Part shown: piece after piece, positions 37,010-45,894 of the stretch
How the letters are laid out: each line of letters starts with the position of its first letter
Numbering within the stretch: the first letter of the stretch is position 1
NCBI GenBank assembly: GCA_018817025.1
Contig: JAHIUU010000006.1
Location: 179,996 to 243,995, forward strand
Reading direction: 5' to 3'
Length of the DNA: 64,000 nt
From: Candidatus Babelota bacterium
GTDB lineage: Bacteria; Babelota; Babeliae; Babelales; JAHIUU01
Notes under the pieces: generated by a model
Told to the model about the DNA's origin: nothing
Seen by the model: the letters and a program-made list of their open reading frames with translations, nothing else
Database searches by the model: none
Program-made: the position numbers and the translations under genes

Positions 37010-37101
37010 TTTCATTTTTATGATACAGTGAACGCTGTAAAAGTAAGTTCCATTGACAGCCCGAGAAATCGGGCTGTTATCTCCTAAAGGAGAACTGTTC
37101 T

Positions 37102-37641
37102 ATGATTAATTATGAGACACTGATGCTCGCTCGTACTGAGATCACCGATGACGAACTCAGAGCGCTTGAGCGACATTTCGACAAGCTTGTTGCCGATCAA
37201 AAGGGGCGAATAACGCTCTTCGATCGATGGGGAAAATACAAGCTCGCCTATCCTGTTCAAAAGAACATGTACGGCATCTATCTTCTAGCGCGTTATACCG
37301 TTCCTAGCGAACAGGTTACAGCGCTGTTCAAAGAGATCGACACATTATTTAGGATCAAGTATAACGAGTTGGTTATGCGTCATGTTACCATGAGGCTTGA
37401 ACCAGGGACTTCTACGATCTACAAGTATCCAGAGGCGATTGGTTCTCGTGGCACAAGCGATCTTGGGTCTTTCATCAAGGAAAACAAGATGGAAGGCTTG
37501 ATCGATACGCCAACACCTGCGCCAGAGGCAAAGTTGGCTCCTGAAGCTGAAGAGGGTGCGCCTGAGGTAGTGGCAGGGGTAGAGGACCAAGAAACAAAAG
37601 AAGCCGAGGAAGCACTTCGTCCAGAAGAAGGGGAGGCCTAA
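37102..37641 (+). CDS. rpsF: 30S ribosomal protein S6 with an acidic C-terminal extension
   Basis: The N-terminal ~100 aa are S6-like ([15 protein letters not shown]...[13 protein letters not shown]...GIYLL). A Pro/Glu/Ala-rich tail follows. Confidence 0.9.
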   Translation: MINYETLMLARTEITDDELRALERHFDKLVADQKGRITLFDRWGKYKLAYPVQKNMYGIYLLARYTVPSEQVTALFKEIDTLFRIKYNELVMRHVTMRLEPGTSTIYKYPEAIGSRGTSDLGSFIKENKMEGLIDTPTPAPEAKLAPEAEEGAPEVVAGVEDQETKEAEEALRPEEGEA

Positions 37642-37643
37642 GC

Positions 37644-37928
37644 ATGTCAAAATTCAAATTAAAAATTAGTTCTCGTTTGCTTAATAAGAAAGCTCGCAAG
37701 CAGTGGTTTATGACGCAAAAACAATGCCGTTTTTGTGGGAGCAAAGACCAAGAAGGTGCTCTTGACTATAAGAACGCAGACCTGCTAAAAGGCTTTTTGA
37801 CCGAGCGAGGGAAGATTTTACCTTCTCGTGTTTCGGGAAATTGCTTTTTTCACCAAAAGGTTCTTGCGAAGCATATTAAGATTGCTCGGACTATGGCACT
37901 TCTGCCATATTGTCCGGTGCATATGTAA
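37644..37928 (+). CDS. rpsR: 30S ribosomal protein S18
   Basis: CRFC...[48 protein letters not shown]. Confidence 0.95.
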   Translation: MSKFKLKISSRLLNKKARKQWFMTQKQCRFCGSKDQEGALDYKNADLLKGFLTERGKILPSRVSGNCFFHQKVLAKHIKIARTMALLPYCPVHM

Positions 37929-38658
37929 CACAGAGCGAGATTTGCTGCTCTTTCGTTATCAAACCGGTTAGTACTCCTCCGAGCATGCAAAGATTTACGG
38001 GTTCGTTTAGGCGAACCCGTTTTTTTTTGCGCAAAAGCTGTGTGACCGCAGCGGCTGCTGAGCTACAGGCCTGTGTGACGCCGCAGCCCCGTTCATAAAC
38101 AAGTATGTGATAAGCGTTCTTTTTTGTTTTATGCGGCCAGATGAATTCTACGTTTGTTTTGTTTGGGAACGCTTTGTGTTGCTCGATAGACCGACCATAA
38201 TGTTCGAGCCATTTTCGATCGGTTTGTTCAAAAACAATGAAATGTGGGTTGCCTATGTCTACGATATGTCCTAAAAAATCTCTCTTGTTAGCAGCTATTC
38301 TTTTTTCGCCTAGATAGGCTCCGGTGGGGATTTTTTGGGTGATTGTTATAGTCTCGTTTTTATGTTCGATTGTGTTGGTAATGGTTTTTTCGCCCATCGT
38401 TAACTCAAATTGATTGGGGTAGTTGTGGTATTTGTAGAGGTAGTTAGCGGCGCAGCGGGCGCCGTTGAGGCAGAGTTGGCCATCGCTGCCGTCGGTATTG
38501 AACATTATTATTGCTGGTGCCCGAAGGACCAGGATTCCGTCGAGGTTGTGTTTAGGGCAAAGTTTTTTGGCTAGAGATGTCCAGCCAGGCTCGGGGGTGG
38601 ATTCCTCGTCAAAGAGAAGAAATTTGTTGCCGAGGGATTGACATGGGATTGGGGTCAC
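37891..38658 (-). CDS. dapF: diaminopimelate epimerase
   Basis: 255 aa. NKFLLFD, then [22 protein letters not shown] (first catalytic Cys), GNPHFIVF, and [17 protein letters not shown] (second catalytic Cys). Its 3' end overlaps the convergent rpsR by 38 nt. Confidence 0.8.
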   Translation of the reverse strand: MTPIPCQSLGNKFLLFDEESTPEPGWTSLAKKLCPKHNLDGILVLRAPAIIMFNTDGSDGQLCLNGARCAANYLYKYHNYPNQFELTMGEKTITNTIEHKNETITITQKIPTGAYLGEKRIAANKRDFLGHIVDIGNPHFIVFEQTDRKWLEHYGRSIEQHKAFPNKTNVEFIWPHKTKKNAYHILVYERGCGVTQACSSAAAAVTQLLRKKKRVRLNEPVNLCMLGGVLTGLITKEQQISLCVTYAPDNMAEVP

Positions 38659-39572
38659 GGTTGCTTCCCGAACGCTTTGCCAAGATAGGCCCTGCCAGAA
38701 TCAGCAAAAATTACGACCGCGACGTCTGTCGGGTTCAATTTATTGGCATAATTAAAGAGTGTGTGCATGACGGCGCCGCTGCTCAAGCCGACGAGCATCC
38801 CGTACTTATCAGCCATTTTACGGGTTGTTTCAAAGACGTCTTTATCGGTTACCGGCACAATTTCATCGATTACCGATGGTTCAAGATTATCATCGGTGTC
38901 TATTCCCATTCCTTCGGTCTCATATGCTTTTGGGCAACAGGAAGAGTAGGCCGATGTTGCGGCGTCAACGCCGATAATTTTTATTTTGTGGTTTTGTTCT
39001 TTCAAATACTTTCCAACGCCACTGATGGTTCCACAACTTCCTGCGGCGACGAAGAAGTGCGTGATTTTGCCATCGGTTTGATTCCAGATTTCTGGTCCGG
39101 TGGTGGTGTAGTGAGCAAGCGGGTTGATTTTGTTATGGTATTGGTTTGGCATAAATGAGTTAGGGATAGTTTTTATGAGGTTTTCTGCTTTTGCATGGTA
39201 CCCATCTGGATCGTCGAGGTTGTCGGTGTCTGGGCAGACTATGACTTGCGCGCCGTAGGCCCTAAGGGTCGCAACTTTTTCGGCGCTTGTTCGGTCAGGT
39301 ACTAAGATAATAACGTTATACCCTTTAATTTTTCCAATCATGGCAAGCGCGATGCCTTGGTTGCCGGACGAAGATTCTATGATTGTTCCACCAGGTTTGA
39401 GCAACCCTTTTTTTTCGGCATCCTCGATCATGAAGAGCGCAGAGCGGTCTTTGATACTTCCGCCTGGATTAAGGTACTCAAGCTTGGCAAGCACCGTTGC
39501 CGGTAAGCCCAGTTCAAGATTTGCCATAGGTGTGTTACCGATGTGTTCAAGAATTGTTTTATGCTTGGGCAT
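38655..39572 (-). CDS. cysK: cysteine synthase / CBS-family PLP enzyme
   Basis: 305 aa with IGNTPM, NPGGSIKDRSALFMI (PLP Lys), SSGNQGIALA and GTISG. Confidence 0.85.
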   Translation of the reverse strand: MPKHKTILEHIGNTPMANLELGLPATVLAKLEYLNPGGSIKDRSALFMIEDAEKKGLLKPGGTIIESSSGNQGIALAMIGKIKGYNVIILVPDRTSAEKVATLRAYGAQVIVCPDTDNLDDPDGYHAKAENLIKTIPNSFMPNQYHNKINPLAHYTTTGPEIWNQTDGKITHFFVAAGSCGTISGVGKYLKEQNHKIKIIGVDAATSAYSSCCPKAYETEGMGIDTDDNLEPSVIDEIVPVTDKDVFETTRKMADKYGMLVGLSSGAVMHTLFNYANKLNPTDVAVVIFADSGRAYLGKAFGKQP

Positions 39573-39653
39573 GAAAAACCCTTTCTTTTCATGATTGGGT
39601 TATATATATTTTAACCGTATTATGACACAAAAAACATTTTAGGAGAAAGTGAG

Positions 39654-41048
39654 ATGTCAAATCAAGTTCGTGTTCGTTTTGCTCCATCACCAACCGGTTT
39701 TATGCATCTCGGAAATATTCGCACAGCCCTTCTGAATTATCTTTTTGCTAAGCAGCAGGAAGGTGTCCTTATTTTGCGTATTGAAGATACCGACGTGCTT
39801 CGCAATGTCAGTGAAGCTGGCCTACAGATCGTCAAGGATCTTGAGTGGCTTGGAATTTCTTACGATGAAGGCCCTTATTTTCAGTCGGATCGAACAAAAA
39901 TCTATCAAGAACAGCTTGATGATCTGATGGAAAACCAAAAAGTGTACCGATGTTTTTGTACGACAGAAGAGTTGGATGTAAAACGTAAAGATCAGGTGGC
40001 AAAAAAGTTGCCACCAAGATATGACCGCACCTGTTTGCACTTATCGAATGATCAGATCAAACAAAAAATAGCTTCTGGAAAACTATTTATCTGGAGATTT
40101 AGAATAAACGAAGATTCTGTGTTTTTTGTTGATAGCATGGCTCGAAAAAATCTTTCGTTTGAGATGAAACATTTTTCTGATTTTGCACTAACCCGTTCAG
40201 ATGGAAGTTTTACGTTTTTGTTTACCAACTTTGTTGATGACTGGTTGATGGGGATTACGCATGTCATTCGTGGCGAGGACCATCTTTCTAATACTGCGAT
40301 GCAAGCGGCGCTCTTTGATGCGTTTGCAGTACAAATGCCTATAGTGTGGCATCTGCCCATGCTATGCAATCAAGAAGGGCAGAAGTTATCGAAACGAGAT
40401 TTTGGTTTCTCTCTTAATGATTTAAAAGCAGAGGGTTTTTTGCCGCAGGCGATCGAGAATTATCTTGCGATTATCGGTGGATCTTTTAAAGAAGAGATAC
40501 AGAGCCTTGATGAACTTGCTCACAATTTTGATTTTGAGAATATTCATACGACCGGTGCTATTCGGTACGATTTGGACAAGCTCATATGGATTAATCACAA
40601 GTGGATTGAGCGGCTAGACGCACGAGAGCTGGTTTCGTTGGTGGTGCCGTTTTTGCCGCAGCCCCATGAGCAGATAGCTGAAGCAAAACTGTTGTTTCTT
40701 ATCGAAAAAGTGAAACGTGATTGCAGAACCTTAAAAGATTTTGTGGGCGAATTACGGTTTTGTTTTGAAGAACCTGAAATCGACTTAGGTCTGATAGATG
40801 AAAAAGTTGGGAAAGATAAAGCGAATTTGATAGCGACGATACTTGACGATTTGGTTGGATATGTTCCTAAACCTGAACTGTTTGTTGAGACTTTGAAGCG
40901 AGAGGGTAAAGAAAAAGGGTTGAAACCAAAAGAGTTTTTTAGTGTTGTGCGCTACTTGTTAACAGGCTCTTTTGATGGTCTCGGGATTCACGATTTGTTT
41001 GAGATGCTTGATCAGGAAAAAATCATCAGCCGGTTGCGCAAGCTTTGA
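39654..41048 (+). CDS. gltX: glutamyl-tRNA synthetase
   Basis: 464 aa. RFAPSPTGFMHLGNIRTAL (HIGH motif), IRGEDHLSNT and KLSKR (KMSKS motif). Confidence 0.95.
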   Translation: MSNQVRVRFAPSPTGFMHLGNIRTALLNYLFAKQQEGVLILRIEDTDVLRNVSEAGLQIVKDLEWLGISYDEGPYFQSDRTKIYQEQLDDLMENQKVYRCFCTTEELDVKRKDQVAKKLPPRYDRTCLHLSNDQIKQKIASGKLFIWRFRINEDSVFFVDSMARKNLSFEMKHFSDFALTRSDGSFTFLFTNFVDDWLMGITHVIRGEDHLSNTAMQAALFDAFAVQMPIVWHLPMLCNQEGQKLSKRDFGFSLNDLKAEGFLPQAIENYLAIIGGSFKEEIQSLDELAHNFDFENIHTTGAIRYDLDKLIWINHKWIERLDARELVSLVVPFLPQPHEQIAEAKLLFLIEKVKRDCRTLKDFVGELRFCFEEPEIDLGLIDEKVGKDKANLIATILDDLVGYVPKPELFVETLKREGKEKGLKPKEFFSVVRYLLTGSFDGLGIHDLFEMLDQEKIISRLRKL

Positions 41049-41274
41049 GTCGATTTTCTTTTTTTTCGAGTGAGAGAATGATACCTCTGTTTAGTAGTGT
41101 TTTTGCGACTCGAAGAAAATGTTCTTCTTGGTCCACAGGGACAAAAAACTCGAACGTATCGGCTTTGCCTTCAAGTGCTCGAGCAAGTGCGACGTTGCTT
41201 TCGTTACGAAGAACTGCGGATAGAAACCACGTTTTCTTTCGTAGGACCGTTGCCTGATAGTATTCACAATACAT
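41026..41274 (-). CDS. hypothetical small protein
   Basis: 82-aa ORF (MYCEYYQATVLRKKTWFLSAVLRNESNVALARALEG...) that overlaps the convergent gltX end by 23 nt. No family assigned. Confidence 0.4.
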   Translation of the reverse strand: MYCEYYQATVLRKKTWFLSAVLRNESNVALARALEGKADTFEFFVPVDQEEHFLRVAKTLLNRGIILSLEKKENRLKACATG

Positions 41275-41287
41275 ATATTTTTCTTTC

Positions 41288-42154
41288 TTAGATTAGTGCT
41301 TCCATTGGCACATTGACGATGTCTTTTTCTGTTGGTGTGCGTTCTTCAAGTATGTCTTTAAGTTCGGTATCGGTTGGTACGCCCATTTCCTCTTCTTCTG
41401 TTTCAGGTTCTTCAGGTATCTCTGTTGTAGGTTCTGGAAGCTCTTCTTCTTGGATTTCTTTTTCTTCAGGTTCGGTTGTTTTTGCTGGTTCGGCCATTGG
41501 CGCTTCTGGTTCTTCTTTCTTTTTTTCTTCTATCTTTTGTTCTTCTTTGGGCTCTTCTGTTTCAGGTTCAGCTTCTTCTTCTTCAGGCTCTTCTATTTCA
41601 GGCTCAGCTTCTTCTTCAGGTTCTTCTTCCTCTTCTTTCTCCTCAAGGTCTTCGGGTTCTTCCTGTACAGGCTCAGGTTGTTCTATTCCTGTCATTGCTT
41701 GCACAACTTTTTTTCTAGGTTCTTCTGAGTTAAGAGTGTTTTGCAGGAAGCCCCCGTATTCTTTCATTTTTTCAAGCACCGGAATGAACGTATTGACGAG
41801 CCTTGATTCAGGGTCTCTTTCTGACCTTGCGAGCAGGTCGATAACCGCTTCTTCATATTCTTTTAGTTTAGCGATATGTTCAGGTTTTACTATAGAATCA
41901 GCCTCTTTGGAGATTGACTTTGGGGGGACCCCAACAATTTTTGTTATTTCAGAAGCCTTCTCTTCTAATTGCAACGTTAAAGAGTTTAAGCTCTCGCTGT
42001 TTTTCATTAGCTCTTTAGTTGAGAGCTTCATTCTTGGAATGATATTATTAACATGTTCCATATGTATTGCGAGGTTTTGTGCGTTTACCTGAGATAGTAC
42101 GAAGCAAGAAAAAACGAGCAGTAACGGTTTTATTTTCTTATAAAGTTCCATCAC
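41288..42154 (-). CDS. secreted protein with a Glu/Pro-rich acidic low-complexity C-terminal half
   Basis: 288 aa with signal MMELYKKIKPLLLVFSCFVLSQVNA. The N-terminal domain is helical. EEPE/EPE repeats follow (about 41330-41720). The mirror plus-strand ORFs are Ser/Phe-rich artefacts. Confidence 0.6.
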   Translation of the reverse strand: MMELYKKIKPLLLVFSCFVLSQVNAQNLAIHMEHVNNIIPRMKLSTKELMKNSESLNSLTLQLEEKASEITKIVGVPPKSISKEADSIVKPEHIAKLKEYEEAVIDLLARSERDPESRLVNTFIPVLEKMKEYGGFLQNTLNSEEPRKKVVQAMTGIEQPEPVQEEPEDLEEKEEEEEPEEEAEPEIEEPEEEEAEPETEEPKEEQKIEEKKKEEPEAPMAEPAKTTEPEEKEIQEEELPEPTTEIPEEPETEEEEMGVPTDTELKDILEERTPTEKDIVNVPMEALI

Positions 42155-42434
42155 AGATTCTCCCTTTGGCAGGTTTTAGTAACAAAATACTTTCTTTCTC
42201 TTAATAAGTATAGCAGTCGCTATCGCCTATTTGTCAATAATTATTAGTTATTGTTTTAATTGGTAAGCAGCCAAAATTGTGATCGTGCATGAGCTCTAGT
42301 GCTATGTTGGCTGTGGTTTCGCAAACGGGGAGCTTGCTTCTGGCCGTCGATTTGCCCTTGAAACACAAAACCACTATAATAAACTTTTTATTGGTTCTCG
42401 TTGCTTTTTAGAAATCGATACAGAGAGGGAAAAG

Positions 42435-43649
42435 ATGGGTGCTTCTGGCAGCAAAAGTGGAAAAATTGGAATGTTGGCGGCGTCGGTGATTGGCATTAAT
42501 GCGATGGTTGGGATAGGGGTTATTACGATTCCTTCTATGCTCTCTTTGAAAGTTGGTCCGGCAGGGATTATTTCCTACGCTTTGAGCGTGCTTATCGTTG
42601 TTGCACTTGGCATCGCGTTGGGAAGAGTTGCGCTTCGTTATCCTGGGGAGGGATGGACCTATCTTTATCCATCTCGATGGGCGGGTCATGCAGTCGGTAT
42701 GTTTTCTGCGGTCTCATATTTGGTTGGAGTGTTGGTCGCGATGGGTTTCTTGATCCAGCAGGCAGGCATCTGGGCGAATCAGTTTATTCCGTCTTTTCAG
42801 CCTACAACGCTTGGTCTTACAATTATTTTGATTCTCATGGTTTTGGTTATGGCTGGCGCCGAGGCGTCATCGATAGGGCAATATATTATCGCTGGGTGTG
42901 TCACTATTCCGTTAATTGCGACGGCGTTGGTTTGTTGGTCGCACTTTAACCCTGGATTACTCAGCCCTTTTGTTCCCCATGGAACGATATCGATTTTTTC
43001 TGCGGCTCCAAAAGCTCTTTTTGCGCTTTTAGGCTTTGAGTGTATCGTGTCGCTTTATTCGGTTGTTGACAACCCTAGCAAGAATGTCCCTCGAGCGTTT
43101 ATGATATCGATCTTATTTGTTGGTGGCCTCTATCTTTTCTTCACCGCTGGGCTTTTAAGTTCGATTCATCCATCATACTTTTCTGCAGGCCTAGACGCGA
43201 CGTTGGCGACTGTGTTACACAATGCGTTCCCGGCTCAGAAGATTCTTTCTACAGCTGTTTTGGTTGGAGCGATGTTTGGCATAATTGGAACCCTTCACTC
43301 TATGTTATGGTCTGCTAGTGCTCTATTTACAGATACATTAAAAAGAGCTCGTTCGCCGTTTGTCACGGGCATACTCGATCGGGGTATTTGGGATAGTAAA
43401 GTTTCGACTGCAGTCTCGACGGCAGTTATGATCTTTAGCTCATTTGTTTTTCATGCAGAGGTGCTTATTGACCTTACTGACTTATTGCTTATCTTTCCAT
43501 CTGTTCTTGCGATAATGGCACTATTCTTTATTCCTGAAGAATGGAAGCGTGGTCGCAATATCGTTACAATTATCGGTATGTTTGGTGGTTGCTTGATGCT
43601 CTACTTTGCAGGCGAAGAGTTTGTAAAGGCGTTTTTTGCCTTGTTTTAG
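42435..43649 (+). CDS. APC-superfamily amino acid permease
   Basis: 404 aa with about 11-12 TM helices. The N-terminal region GINAMVGIGVITIPS is typical of APC transporters. The start may be the internal Met (MLAASV). Confidence 0.8.
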   Translation: MGASGSKSGKIGMLAASVIGINAMVGIGVITIPSMLSLKVGPAGIISYALSVLIVVALGIALGRVALRYPGEGWTYLYPSRWAGHAVGMFSAVSYLVGVLVAMGFLIQQAGIWANQFIPSFQPTTLGLTIILILMVLVMAGAEASSIGQYIIAGCVTIPLIATALVCWSHFNPGLLSPFVPHGTISIFSAAPKALFALLGFECIVSLYSVVDNPSKNVPRAFMISILFVGGLYLFFTAGLLSSIHPSYFSAGLDATLATVLHNAFPAQKILSTAVLVGAMFGIIGTLHSMLWSASALFTDTLKRARSPFVTGILDRGIWDSKVSTAVSTAVMIFSSFVFHAEVLIDLTDLLLIFPSVLAIMALFFIPEEWKRGRNIVTIIGMFGGCLMLYFAGEEFVKAFFALF

Positions 43650-43783
43650 TGGTTTAAGCTTTTACACAATCTTCTTGATCTTCCTGTTTGTGTAGTGCTA
43701 TAACAACAAAGTATCAATCTTATTAGTTGAACTAAATAGGCAAAAATTGGGCGAATTGAAAAGTTTAAGAAGAGAGGGCTGTC

Positions 43784-45157
43784 ATGAGGGCTTTAAGCAA
43801 GATTTTTTTGTTTAGTTTCTTTTTTTTAAGTACGTGTATAGCCGATCCTGCTGTTACCTATTTTGATCCAGGCATGGTTCACTCGGTGCTTGGCGTCAAT
43901 CGCTATCCTGCTAAAAAAGAAGAATGGTCGTTCGGCTTTCACATCTCGCCCTTTTTTCAACATGCTTCGGGCGCTCGCAACAAAGGTGGCATTAAAGTGC
44001 CCCTTGGTGATCGCCTTGGGCGATGGGACCTCTTTCCTATCCTGTGGAGCGATAATGCGTGTGCTGCACCAGAGGATAAACCATTTACTCAGTCAAACTA
44101 TCCAAAACTTTGGGCGTTGGCAGATGCTGCGAATACCGCTGGAATAAATGCAAGCACCTTTGAGAAAAAAGACGGAACACTTGGGGTTGACGGCGCCTAT
44201 TCCGTGGTGGTTAAGTATGAAAAGATAGGTGTTCGCTTTGAGTTGGATGCGGCGGTGTCTTCTGGGTTTGGGTTTGCAATAAAAACGGGCTTTGTTGAGT
44301 ACAAACAGGATCCGACGGAATTTATCAATATGGGTTCAGCCAATATGTCGAACACGAACCTATACCCTGATGATTCAGCGCTTGAAACGCTGATGACCGC
44401 TGATACCAGATGCAAATTGATTGAGCGGGATCTCGGCCTGAGCCTTAAGCGATATGAAACGACCGCATTTGAAGATACGTTGGCGCAATTGTATTGGTCG
44501 AATCAATTTCGTTATGACGACGAAAAAGGAGCTCATGTGGTTACGGTTGCACCGTACGTCGGCGTTGGAGTTTGGGTTCCAACTGGAAAGAAAAAAGATA
44601 TTGATAAAGCGTTTTCTTTGTCGTCAGGTCATGACGGGTTTTGGGGGATAACGTTTGAGGGAGCGCTCAACTTTAATTTTATTGATACAGTTCAGGTCAA
44701 CTTTGGTGGCGGAGCAACCGTTTTTGAAACGAAAACACAGACGCTTCGTGTGCCACATGTGACGACAAGTGGGCAGGGGTGTTGTTGTAATGAACTTTCA
44801 GGGATTTACCCATGGAAGGCGCAGGTTCGAAGGACGTTTGGTCATGGCATAAATTTTTCTTTTTCCATGATGGGAAAAAATATTATTGATACACTGTCGG
44901 TTTATTTCGACTATTTGTACTGCAAGCACGAGCGAGATTCGATATCGCTGAAAGAGTGTGATTCTGGTAGGAGCGACTGTTTTTGCCCAAGCAAGCTTGA
45001 GGAAGATTCGTTTTGGAAGAGTCAGATGTTCCAGTTGGGGTTTTCTTATCAAGTTACGTCCGATTTGTCTATAGGTGGGGCCGGCCAGTGGCACGTTTCT
45101 GGTGTTCGAGTCTATAAGACGCATACGGTGTTAGGAACCGTCTCATTCGCCTTTTGA
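43784..45157 (+). CDS. putative outer-membrane beta-barrel protein, MOMP-like paralog 3
   Basis: 457 aa with signal MRALSKIFLFSFFFLSTCIA. It ends GTVSFAF. It shares VWVPTGKKKD and GHDGFWGITF with the ORFs at 935 and 18980. Confidence 0.6.
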   Translation: MRALSKIFLFSFFFLSTCIADPAVTYFDPGMVHSVLGVNRYPAKKEEWSFGFHISPFFQHASGARNKGGIKVPLGDRLGRWDLFPILWSDNACAAPEDKPFTQSNYPKLWALADAANTAGINASTFEKKDGTLGVDGAYSVVVKYEKIGVRFELDAAVSSGFGFAIKTGFVEYKQDPTEFINMGSANMSNTNLYPDDSALETLMTADTRCKLIERDLGLSLKRYETTAFEDTLAQLYWSNQFRYDDEKGAHVVTVAPYVGVGVWVPTGKKKDIDKAFSLSSGHDGFWGITFEGALNFNFIDTVQVNFGGGATVFETKTQTLRVPHVTTSGQGCCCNELSGIYPWKAQVRRTFGHGINFSFSMMGKNIIDTLSVYFDYLYCKHERDSISLKECDSGRSDCFCPSKLEEDSFWKSQMFQLGFSYQVTSDLSIGGAGQWHVSGVRVYKTHTVLGTVSFAF

Positions 45158-45182
45158 CAAAAAAATCAATTTAGCCTATAAT
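45154..45182 (+). promoter_or_regulatory. consensus sigma70 promoter upstream of rpsU-rbfA-kpsF
   Basis: TTGACA (45154-45159), exactly 17 nt of spacer, TATAAT (45177-45182). About 110 nt upstream of the rpsU start. Confidence 0.55.
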
Positions 45183-45292
45183 TACTGGGTATTTTTGGAA
45201 TGACCGCTCGTGCCTCTAGATATGATTTTTAGCGCCTAGTGGTGTTGTAGATCACTCGAGACGAACGGCTGAGAAAGGTGGTGAGTTTTACC

Positions 45293-45502
45293 GTGTCAAA
45301 AAAATATAATATAGAAGTTGGTGTTTCAGGGAATATTGAGCGAAGTCTTAAGATTCTTAAGAAAAAAGTTGAGCGCGAGGGCATTGTTCGCGATATGAAG
45401 CGGCGAGTTTACTTTGAGTCAACAACCCAAAAGCGCCGCAAGCGACTTATGCGAGCAATTAAAAACAACATTGTAAAAAGTGTTGCTGCTCTCTATCGTT
45501 AA
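45293..45502 (+). CDS. rpsU: 30S ribosomal protein S21
   Basis: IERSLKILKKKVEREGIVRDMKRRVYFESTTQKRRKR. The likely GTG start at 45293 follows AAGGTGGTGA; the track starts at 45278. Confidence 0.85.
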   Translation: MSKKYNIEVGVSGNIERSLKILKKKVEREGIVRDMKRRVYFESTTQKRRKRLMRAIKNNIVKSVAALYR

Positions 45503-45513
45503 TTAAAATTTTC

Positions 45514-45894
45514 ATGAAAAAATCAAAAGTTTCCGAAATTAAGCGGGAACAAAAAAAATCTTTCTTACTACAAGAAATTTCAGCCTTGGTTCGGCAGATT
45601 ACTGCTGACGAATCAAGGCTTTCTTCTTTGTTCGTTACTCGCGTCGAACTATCTCGAGACGGTGGGATCTGTTTTATTTACTTTTCAACTCATACGACGA
45701 AAGAAGCGTTTGACGAAGGGTTTCCACTTTTAAAGTTGTATAAGCCTTCTATGCGCAAAGCGCTTTCGCAGGCGATGAGCAGTCGGTACGTTCCCAATCT
45801 AGTTTTTAAGTATGATGAAACGAAAGAAAAAGAGCGAAAAATTACCGGTATTTTAGACAAAATAGCTTCCGAGGACGATAGTTCTGATGAGTAG
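45514..45894 (+). CDS. rbfA: ribosome-binding factor A
   Basis: 126 aa. FVTRVELSRDGGICFIYFS and the KH-like fold pattern are typical of RbfA. Confidence 0.85.
   Translation: MKKSKVSEIKREQKKSFLLQEISALVRQITADESRLSSLFVTRVELSRDGGICFIYFSTHTTKEAFDEGFPLLKLYKPSMRKALSQAMSSRYVPNLVFKYDETKEKERKITGILDKIASEDDSSDE

Noticed and set aside
38577-39158. A 193-aa plus-strand ORF opposite the cysteine synthase gene, and 168/113/127-aa ORFs opposite ffh (32835-33950).
   Set aside because: They lie entirely antisense to genes with strong family signatures. They have no motifs of their own.
41313-42092. Long plus-strand ORFs (259, 92 and 80 aa) rich in Ser/Phe/Leu lie opposite the acidic protein gene. Similar F/S-rich ORFs lie at 11214-12045 opposite the coiled-coil gene, and at 61229-61903 opposite rpoD/dnaG.
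   Set aside because: They are antisense mirror images of GAA/AAG-rich low-complexity coding sequence, where stops are absent in the complementary frames. They have no start context and an implausible composition.
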